64,000 nt of DNA, from NCBI GenBank assembly GCA_022841445.1, contig JALHRM010000001.1, positions 259,777-323,776 of the forward strand, in the 5' to 3' direction. Position numbers and translations under genes: made by a program. Origin of the DNA: Candidatus Saccharimonadota bacterium (GTDB lineage Bacteria; Patescibacteriota; Saccharimonadia; Saccharimonadales; UBA10212). Position 1 is the stretch's first letter. Each line of letters starts with the position of its first letter. The notes under the pieces are model-generated. The model ran no database searches, was not told where the DNA came from, and saw only the letters and a list, made by a program, of their open reading frames with translations. Positions 18,805 to 25,171 of this stretch are shown here, piece after piece.

Positions 18805-19254
18805 ATGCAAAAAATAAAACAATTTGCAGCCATGGTTGCCGCAAGTATCGCACTTGTTGGGGCTTCCCTGTTTGGGGTAGTGGCTGTTGCTTACGCTGGC
18901 TCAGGCGCCAATATTGATGCCAACCTATGTCAAGGAATAAGTCTTGATGCTAACACCGTGAATACCGCAGGTACTGCACCGGCGGACACATGTAGCGAAG
19001 CGGGCGCCAATGATCGTGTTAACAATATCATCAAAACGATCATAAATATCTTTTCACTAGTTGTGGGTGTTGTATCCGTCATCATGATCATTATTGGTGG
19101 CTTTAAGTACATTACCAGTGGTGGTGAAAGCAGTAACGTTACAAGTGCCAAGAATACTATCCTCTACGCTATCATTGGCCTTGTCGTCGTAGCATTGGCA
19201 CAGATTCTCGTACGATTCGTCTTTAGTCGGGCTACTTCAACTGCTGGACCATAA
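18805..19254 (+). CDS. VirB2/TrbC-like T4SS pilin paralog 6 of 7
   Basis: SD AAGGA lies 8 nt upstream. Signal peptide ending VAYA/G, with Cys pair LCQGISLD...ADTC. Core INIFSLVVGVVSVIMIIIGGFKYITSGGESSNVTSAKNTILYAIIGLVVVALAQILVRFV. Confidence 0.75.
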   Translation: MQKIKQFAAMVAASIALVGASLFGVVAVAYAGSGANIDANLCQGISLDANTVNTAGTAPADTCSEAGANDRVNNIIKTIINIFSLVVGVVSVIMIIIGGFKYITSGGESSNVTSAKNTILYAIIGLVVVALAQILVRFVFSRATSTAGP

Positions 19255-19281
19255 GCTAACAAAAGTGGTATAATATATTTT

Positions 19282-19755
19282 ATGCCCAATAAAATACGAA
19301 ATTTCTTGGTTGGCACAACGACCGTATTCATTATTGCCGCCCCTGTGGCTGCCTCTGCTCAGACTAATCCTACTACAACTCCTGCACCCCCGACGAATGA
19401 CCCAAACACTAGCCTAACTGTCGAGCAAGTTTCCCCTGATATTGTTCGCGGGCTGTGCCAAGGTATTAATTTGCAGGTAGGTACCGATTGCAGTCAAACC
19501 GAATTAAGTGATGAAGAAGCGACCGAGCGTGTTAACGCGCTCATACGCACGATAATTAATATCTTCTCACTGGTGGTTGGCGTGGTCGCGGTAATTATGA
19601 TCATTATCGGCGGCCTTAAATACATTACCAGCGGTGGTGATAGTAGTAATGTAACGGGCGCCAAAAACACCATCTTGTACGCTATCATTGGCCTTGTAAT
19701 TGTGGCGCTATCTCAGGTTATTGTTAGGTTTGTGCTCAGTCGAGTGACGCAGTAG
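19282..19755 (+). CDS. VirB2/TrbC-like T4SS pilin paralog 7 of 7
   Basis: It has its own extended -10, TGgTATAAT (hexamer 19269-19274), 7 nt before the ATG, suggesting a leaderless transcript. Signal peptide ending AASA/Q, with Cys pair LCQGINLQVGTDC. The core is 60/72 identical to paralog 6 by hand alignment. Confidence 0.75.
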   Translation: MPNKIRNFLVGTTTVFIIAAPVAASAQTNPTTTPAPPTNDPNTSLTVEQVSPDIVRGLCQGINLQVGTDCSQTELSDEEATERVNALIRTIINIFSLVVGVVAVIMIIIGGLKYITSGGDSSNVTGAKNTILYAIIGLVIVALSQVIVRFVLSRVTQ

Positions 19756-19856
19756 GGACCTTGATAAAAAGACTTAGATTATTGATCTAGTATTTAAGAA
19801 AATCTTAACTACAAATAACATCCATAGCCTAAGCTCGAAGACTAGAATCCTTAAGT

Positions 19857-20333
19857 CTAAAGGACTTGGATTTTTTTAACAGTGTCTTGCTTGAGTTTTG
19901 TGAACGAAATAGTGAGTACGCCGTCTTTTAGCATGGCTTCAATTTCATCTTCTTTTACCGGAACCGGCAAGACGATACTTCGGCTGAATTCTCCCCAGTA
20001 GCATTCTTGTACGAAGTAGTTCTCTACCCCATCTTCTGTGCCGGCACTTAAAGTACCACGAATGCTAAGCGTGTTGTCGGAAATGCTGACGTCTAACTCG
20101 CTTTTGTTAACGCCGGCCGTGCGAGCTTTGACTACTAGTTTTTCACGTGTTTCATAAACATCAACCGCTAACTGACCAGCAACGGGCTCTTCTTCGTCCC
20201 ATTCACCTTGAACTTGCTGGGCTGGGTCTGGAGCTCCGGTAACACCTGCTTGGGGCGTATCATCACCTAAAAATGCAGCTGTAAGTTCGTCATCCATGAG
20301 TAGATTGTCGTCTTGGTGGCCTTTACGCGCCAT
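19857..20333 (-). CDS. Hsp20/alpha-crystallin family small heat-shock protein
   Basis: I place the start at ATG 20333 (MARKGHQDDN...), preceded by GGAGG. The alpha-crystallin domain reads AVDVYETREKLVVKARTAGVNKSELDVSISDNTLSIRG...GEFSRSIVLPVPVKEDEIEAMLKDGVLTISF. The upstream 100 codons of the long ORF overlap comF and look non-coding. Confidence 0.85.
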   Translation of the reverse strand: MARKGHQDDNLLMDDELTAAFLGDDTPQAGVTGAPDPAQQVQGEWDEEEPVAGQLAVDVYETREKLVVKARTAGVNKSELDVSISDNTLSIRGTLSAGTEDGVENYFVQECYWGEFSRSIVLPVPVKEDEIEAMLKDGVLTISFTKLKQDTVKKIQVL

Positions 20334-20454
20334 GTTCCCCTCCAAAGGTTTAACTTTCGTTACAAAACTTTTTATCTTAGAGCCAGTATAGCTTAGTATT
20401 ATCAGAGAGCGCAAGGTGGGTGCGCTGTTATTTACAACAGTAATCCTATGCGAT

Positions 20455-21156
20455 ATGAGCCTATTAGATAATCTTCTTAGCCTGGTTGCTCCACATAAAT
20501 GTGTGGGTTGTGAGTGCGAAGGTGCGGCACTATGTACAATGTGCCGTACCCATTGTATCAAGCCGTTTGCTATGGCTTGTTTTTGGTGTAATGCGCTAAC
20601 TGAGGACGCAAGATTTTGCGTAAAATGTCGCAAACGCAGCCAGCTAACAGGGGCGTACGCTGTTTCGGAATATTCAGAAGTTGTTAAAAGTTTGCTCAGA
20701 GACTACAAGTATCATCACTTTCGCGGTGCTGCACCAGATGTGGCTAAGCTTCTAATCGAAGGAAGTTCTTCTTTTCGCCAACTTATTTTTGGTAAATATA
20801 TTGTTGTTCCAGTTCCCTCAACCGTCAAAAGAATACGTAAACGGAGCTTTGACCATTCACTACTAATGGCGCGTGAGTTTAGCAGACGCACAAGTGGCAA
20901 TCTTGTTCCAGCGCTAAGACGCAGTGGTTCATTGCATCAAGTTGGTTCTAGTCGCCAAGCTCGACTTAGCCAATTAAATAATCTGATGCATGTTCCTGGA
21001 CGGTACGCACAAAGTGTTGATAGGGCTACCATACTACTCATAGACGATGTGGTCACGACGGGGGCAAGTTTGGAAGAATCTGCTCGGGCGCTCAAGCAAG
21101 CTGGTGCAAAGCATATTTTTGGGGTTGTATTGGCTAAGAAGAAGCTCGGAGGCTAG
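20455..21156 (+). CDS. comF: ComF-family protein (phosphoribosyltransferase-like competence protein)
   Basis: N-terminal Cys-rich zinc-finger pattern CVGCECEGAALCTMC and CFWCN...FCVKC. PRPP-binding loop ILLIDDVVTTGASL. Start is ATG 20455 (MSLLDNLL), or alternatively GTG 20416. Confidence 0.8.
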   Translation: MSLLDNLLSLVAPHKCVGCECEGAALCTMCRTHCIKPFAMACFWCNALTEDARFCVKCRKRSQLTGAYAVSEYSEVVKSLLRDYKYHHFRGAAPDVAKLLIEGSSSFRQLIFGKYIVVPVPSTVKRIRKRSFDHSLLMAREFSRRTSGNLVPALRRSGSLHQVGSSRQARLSQLNNLMHVPGRYAQSVDRATILLIDDVVTTGASLEESARALKQAGAKHIFGVVLAKKKLGG

Positions 21157-21207
21157 TTTCCGACGATCACCTCTGTTATACTAGCTTTACTCGTGGTCTT
21201 AAATTAA

Positions 21208-21297
21208 GGAAGGGTGTCCGAGCGGTTTAAGGAAACGGTCTTGAAAACCGTCGTACCGGCAACGGTACCGTGGGTTCGAATCCCACCCCTTCCGCCA
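21208..21297 (+). tRNA. tRNA-Ser (anticodon UGA), CCA encoded
   Basis: Hand-folded cloverleaf: acceptor GGAAGGG/CCCTTCC, anticodon stem-loop ACGGT-CTTGAAA-ACCGT, long variable arm CGTACCGGCAACGGTACC, T arm GTGGG-TTCGAAT-CCCAC, then G-CCA. Confidence 0.9.
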
Positions 21298-21455
21298 ATT
21301 TTTGCATCGACCTTCATGGTCGTGGCAAAAATTAGTGAAGGCAAGATGCGAACCCAAAAAAAGGTTCGGGCGCCAAGAAGACGCGCGCAGAAGTTTACTT
21401 CGAGCACGTTGACTGCGCATTCGCGTTAGCGAATCATCCCACCCCTTCCGCCAAT
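21298..21455 (+). repeat. tRNA-3'-flanking conserved module, copy A (158 nt): AU-rich hairpin, conserved hairpins, 35-nt core, then a 20-nt duplicate of the tRNA-Ser(UGA) 3' end
   Basis: The core GCGCGCAGAAGTTTACTTCGAGCACGTTGACTGCG (21383-21417) is 34/35 identical to 25264-25298. Hairpins: ATTTTTGC...GCAAAAAT (21298-21333), CGAACC-n8-GGTTCG, GCGCAG-n22-CTGCGC, ATTCGC-gtta-GCGAAT. ATCCCACCCCTTCCGCCAAT at 21436-21455 repeats 21280-21299. Confidence 0.7.
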
Positions 21456-21493
21456 CTGTAGCTAAGTGTTATGATTGGATAGTTCTAAAATTA

Positions 21494-21586
21494 GGAGAGG
21501 TACCCAAGAGGCTGAAGGGGGCGGTTTGCTAAATCGCTAGGGGGGAGCAATCCCCCGCGAGGGTTCGAATCCCTCTCTCTCCGCCA
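21494..21586 (+). tRNA. tRNA-Ser (anticodon GCU), CCA encoded
   Basis: Acceptor GGAGAGG/CTCTCTC(C), anticodon stem-loop GCGGT-TTGCTAA-ATCGC, long variable arm TAGGGGGGAGCAATCCCCCGC, T arm GAGGG-TTCGAAT-CCCTC, then G-CCA. Confidence 0.9.
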
Positions 21587-21587
21587 A

Positions 21588-21615
21588 GAAAAAGCACCCT
21601 ACTAGGGTGTTTTTT
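21588..21615. terminator. Bidirectional rho-independent terminator shared by tRNA-Ser(GCU) (plus) and the Clp-type ATPase gene (minus)
   Basis: AGAAAAA-GCACCCT-act-AGGGTGT-TTTTT: a hairpin flanked by an A-run and a T-run. The Clp gene's stop codon (21602-21604) lies in the loop. Confidence 0.7.
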
Positions 21616-23992
21616 CTTGTGTCGAATGATGCTCAAGGTCTTTGACGTCAAGCGTTATGACGCTGCCGGGCTGAGCAGTACCTTGCAATATTCGCGTGGC
21701 AACAGCGTCTTCCACAGTTTTTTGGATGACGCGGCGCATTGGACGAGTTCCAAATTGCGGATCGTATCCTGCTTTGACGATGTAAGATAAAGCCTCGTCG
21801 GTAATCTGTACATGAATGTTCCGCTTGGACAGATTAGAGCCAACTTTTCTAAGCATGATCTTGGCAACTTGAGTAAGTTCTTCTTCGTTGAGCGAACGAA
21901 ACAGCACCACTTCATCAAAACGGTTGATGAGTTCTGGTCTGAACTGGCCGTCTTTAATAAGTTTTTCTACCAGCGGTCGCTCAAACGACTCCAAAGAAAT
22001 ACCGGCCTGGACTGCTTCGGCAATATCACCAGCACCAGCGTTGGATGTGCAGATAATAATGGCGTTTTTGAATGACGCGGGTTTGCCGGCATTGTCAGTG
22101 AGCTGGCCTTCGTCGAGCATTTGAAGTAACAAATTGAGAATGTTGGGGTGGGCTTTTTCGATTTCATCAAGCAAGACTACCGAAAACGGCTGCTGGCGTA
22201 TTCCCATTAAAAGATTTTGATCACCACTGCGACCATCTGCTAGTAGTCTGGTAACGTCAGAAACTTGCTGGTATTCGCTCATATCAAGCCGAATCATGCG
22301 GTGTTCGTCCTTAAAGTATGTGGCTGCAAGCGATCGTGCCAATTCGGTTTTTCCGACCCCTGTCGGCCCAAGAAACAAAAAACTGCCGATTGGTTTGTTG
22401 GGGCTTGATACTCCTGCCCTGCCGCGTCTAAGTGCCGAAGCGACAACTTCGACTGCCCGGTTTTGATTTACCATGCGTTCGTGAATGTGATCTTCGAGAT
22501 GCAGCAGCACATCAGCTTCTGGGGCAGCTGCTGCACCGACTTTGACGCCGAGGCTTTTTTCGACTGCCTGCTGGACTGATTCTTCAGATAGTACTTTGTT
22601 GGTTGCAAACGGTACAGCCTGTTCAAGTAGCGTGATGGCTTTGCCGGGATACGCCTGATCCTGCATGAACTGACCGCTTAGCCGCACTGCTTCCTTGATT
22701 GATTCGTACGGGATGAGTAGATTTGCGCGGTGCTCAAGTATAAGCGCAAAATCCTCTAATATTTTGTAGGTGTCGGGGAGCTCAGGCTCATTTACGTTAA
22801 TGACATTAAAGCCACTGATTAACGATTCGTTAGTGGCTTTAAGTCGTTGAAAATCCCCCGGAGTAAAAGCGGCAATTATTTTGAGGCGGTTATTGCGCAT
22901 AATTGGGAGCAGTATCTGTGATAAATCAAACGCCCCTGTTCCCTGCCCAAAAAACAGCTGAGCATCGTCAAAGAACAAGATGATGTTTTTGGCGTGAATA
23001 GCTTCGGCAAGCAGCGTTAATATGATGCGTTCGAGGTTTCCGCCGCTTCTAGACAAAATCGAAGAAGCATTTAAGCTGACAATTTGGTAGTATCTGAGTC
23101 GGCTGTCACCGCCAGTGATTAGCTTCTCGGCTACGCCGTAAATAAGAGATGTTTTGCCAGTACCCGCCGAGCCAACTAAAGCGACGTTGGCGCTGCCTTC
23201 CGCAAGGTCGTGAACAATCAGATTAACCTTGTCATTACTGGCCAGGTTGTGCCCACCGCCCCTGCCCCTTTCGATGCCTCGACTGATGTTCTGACCAAAT
23301 TCGTCAAGAGTAGGGGTAAAACCAGTTGCCCAGTCTCTACCGACACCTCCAAAGTATGGTTTTGGCTGGTCAAGGTACTGGGACAATCGCTGCAGCCAGG
23401 CGTGGACTTCCACTACTTCATCATCATTAATTTTGAGACGCTCCAAATACTTCATGGCATCAGGCGAAGTAAGGAGCAATGCTGCCGCCAATGTACCGGC
23501 ATTAATTAAGGGGCTGTTTGTCTTCTCGCGTAAATAATCAGCGGCTTTCCATATTGTTTCGGCGGATTTTTCATCATTGCCCAGAAGTCCGCTTACTTCT
23601 TTAGCCGATATATATAGGTGGTTGCAGATAAAGCGCCCTTCTCCGAGGTTTGTTGACGCAATCCACATAGTATGTGGATCAACTTGTCCAGGCAGTTTGG
23701 CGAGCAGGCGAGGTTCCAGTATGTCGTCCAGTGTGCTTGGCACTTTGGGTGCCGGGATGTTCGATAGATCGTATCGATACCACAGCGCAATGACAAGTAG
23801 CAGCAAAGACACGCTCATACATAGGTAAGAAAGCTGGTTGAGTTGGTTATCGTTGGCGATGGCAAGGTAAAGACCTAAAAGCGAGAATCCTGCGGCGGTT
23901 AAGAGTAGCAGCCATAGACCAGTTGGTTTAATGAGGTTTGCCAGCCTCGCCTTTTTGCTGCGAAGACTGTGAAAATGCACTTCAAACTTCAT
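21602..23992 (-). CDS. Membrane-anchored Clp/Hsp100-family double AAA+ ATPase (ClpA/B/C-like, no long middle coiled coil evident)
   Basis: I place the start at ATG 23992 (MKFEVHF...), which overlaps the upstream stop (ATGA). Two N-terminal TM helices (LWLLLLTAAGFSLLGLYLAIA; LCMSVSLLLLVIALWY). NBD1 has Walker A GSAGTGKTSL and an atypical Walker B ILFFDDAQ. NBD2 has Walker A GPTGVGKTELA and Walker B VVLLDEIEKAHPNILNLLLQMLDEGQLTD, then RPELINRFDEVVLF. Confidence 0.85.
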   Translation of the reverse strand: MKFEVHFHSLRSKKARLANLIKPTGLWLLLLTAAGFSLLGLYLAIANDNQLNQLSYLCMSVSLLLLVIALWYRYDLSNIPAPKVPSTLDDILEPRLLAKLPGQVDPHTMWIASTNLGEGRFICNHLYISAKEVSGLLGNDEKSAETIWKAADYLREKTNSPLINAGTLAAALLLTSPDAMKYLERLKINDDEVVEVHAWLQRLSQYLDQPKPYFGGVGRDWATGFTPTLDEFGQNISRGIERGRGGGHNLASNDKVNLIVHDLAEGSANVALVGSAGTGKTSLIYGVAEKLITGGDSRLRYYQIVSLNASSILSRSGGNLERIILTLLAEAIHAKNIILFFDDAQLFFGQGTGAFDLSQILLPIMRNNRLKIIAAFTPGDFQRLKATNESLISGFNVINVNEPELPDTYKILEDFALILEHRANLLIPYESIKEAVRLSGQFMQDQAYPGKAITLLEQAVPFATNKVLSEESVQQAVEKSLGVKVGAAAAPEADVLLHLEDHIHERMVNQNRAVEVVASALRRGRAGVSSPNKPIGSFLFLGPTGVGKTELARSLAATYFKDEHRMIRLDMSEYQQVSDVTRLLADGRSGDQNLLMGIRQQPFSVVLLDEIEKAHPNILNLLLQMLDEGQLTDNAGKPASFKNAIIICTSNAGAGDIAEAVQAGISLESFERPLVEKLIKDGQFRPELINRFDEVVLFRSLNEEELTQVAKIMLRKVGSNLSKRNIHVQITDEALSYIVKAGYDPQFGTRPMRRVIQKTVEDAVATRILQGTAQPGSVITLDVKDLEHHSTQEKTP

Positions 23993-24348
23993 CCGATAAT
24001 TCCTCGAATCAAAAAGTAAATAACTCCTACTGGCAGGAGCGGCCATATAATTGCGCTAATCAGTCCAAAAACTCCGGCGACTGCTGTTAGAAATAGAGCT
24101 GTCAGTAGGACAATAAACCGTACAAAAAAACCTATGACGCGCGAAACAAAGTTATCAACTAAAGCTCTAAATTTTGCATCCAAAGATTTGCCAGGTAGTG
24201 AAATTATTTGTTTCCACGGTGAAAACAATGTGGTAAACAAAATTCCAATAGAAAACGAACGCTCTACGCTTGCCGTCCATGTTACGACTGCACGTAGGGC
24301 TCGAGACCAGCCTGGCCCGTACCACCAACGGATGAAGGCTACAAACAT
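23989..24348 (-). CDS. Small two-TM membrane protein, translationally coupled to the Clp-type ATPase
   Basis: 119-aa ORF. TM helices FIVLLTALFLTAVAGVFGLISAIIWPLLPVGVIYFLI. Its stop overlaps the start of the downstream gene (ATGA at 23989-23992). Confidence 0.6.
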   Translation of the reverse strand: MFVAFIRWWYGPGWSRALRAVVTWTASVERSFSIGILFTTLFSPWKQIISLPGKSLDAKFRALVDNFVSRVIGFFVRFIVLLTALFLTAVAGVFGLISAIIWPLLPVGVIYFLIRGIIG

Positions 24349-24466
24349 AACCCTATTGTACTGGCAGATTACATCGGTTACTAGAGGTACTGCGCGAATC
24401 GTATCTAGAGTCGTTGTATTGCGCCAGGATAACCACTAGAATATAAGAATAAAGCGAGTACTTACT

Positions 24467-25033
24467 GTGGCTGAAGATCAAGGTAGTTGGACGTACAATT
24501 CAGGCAACGAACAACCCAACCAAGCTGGCGGTGATGCGGTTCAAGCCGCTGAAGCTTCTCCGGCATTGCCTCGGCCTGCTGATGTTATATGGTCGGCATC
24601 TGAATATGTGCAACATCACCATGGTGCAACATGGTACGGCGCACTAGGTGTCGGAGCCGTTGGTGTCGGGATTGTTTTATATGTTCTAACCCGCAGCATT
24701 TTCTCAGCTGCAATAGTTCCGGTACTGGCGATTATTATCGGGGTATTCGCCAGCAGACCACCAAGAACCATACAATATGGACTTTCTGACAGCGGGCTCA
24801 GCATAGGCAGTCGATTATATTCGTATAGCAACTTTAAGTCTTTTTCAGTAATCGATGAGGGCGCCGTGCAAAGCATTCTCCTGATGCCTATTAAACGTTT
24901 TATGCCACCGGTATCAGCTTATTTTTCTGATGCCGATGGTGACAAAATCGTTAATAAGCTTGGCGATTATCTGCCATTTGAGACGGCTGAACTAGATGGC
25001 ACGCAGCGCCTTGCCCGTAAGCTACGATTCTAG
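24467..25033 (+). CDS. Hypothetical membrane protein (two TM helices plus a C-terminal soluble domain)
   Basis: 188-aa ORF starting with GTG. Disordered N-terminus, then TM pair WYGALGVGAVGVGIVLYVL / IFSAAIVPVLAIIIGVFA. No motif recognised. Confidence 0.55.
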   Translation: MAEDQGSWTYNSGNEQPNQAGGDAVQAAEASPALPRPADVIWSASEYVQHHHGATWYGALGVGAVGVGIVLYVLTRSIFSAAIVPVLAIIIGVFASRPPRTIQYGLSDSGLSIGSRLYSYSNFKSFSVIDEGAVQSILLMPIKRFMPPVSAYFSDADGDKIVNKLGDYLPFETAELDGTQRLARKLRF

Positions 25034-25094
25034 TCCACCGGCAAGAGACTGGTAAAAGAACGCCAAAAATGTTACAATTACCCCTGTTGTTCGT

Positions 25095-25171
25095 GCACCC
25101 GTAGCTCAGCTGGATAGAGCGTTGGCTTGCGGAGCCAAAGGTCGTAGGTTCGAATCCTGTCGGGTGTACCA
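25095..25171 (+). tRNA. tRNA-Arg (anticodon GCG), CCA encoded
   Basis: GCACCCG-TA-GCTC-AGCTGGATA-GAGC-G-TTGGC-TTGCGGA-GCCAA-AGGTC-GTAGG-TTCGAAT-CCTGT-CGGGTGT-A-CCA. The 5' half closely resembles E. coli tRNA-Arg as I recall it. The fold has a G1-U72 wobble. Confidence 0.85.

Noticed and set aside
17220-19688. Minus-strand ORFs (142, 62, 67, 69, 73, 64 aa) antisense to the pilin genes
   Set aside because: Each lies opposite the conserved hydrophobic pilin core, so the reverse complement of Ile/Val/Gly codons stays open. Their recurrence simply mirrors the paralogy of the sense genes.
20334-20633. 100-codon N-terminal extension of the hsp20 ORF (the track gives 258 aa)
   Set aside because: The extension overlaps the comF coding region and the divergent intergenic region, and it has no homology-like pattern. 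A good ATG with a GGAGG SD at 20333 gives a normal 158-aa Hsp20.
21199-21429. ORFs of 67-73 aa across tRNA-Ser(UGA) and module A; analogous ORFs at 25106-25318, 31473-31688 and 49196-49384
   Set aside because: They read straight through tRNA genes. The shared peptide VPATVP.VRIPPLPP is just the translated variable arm and T arm. They are not protein coding.
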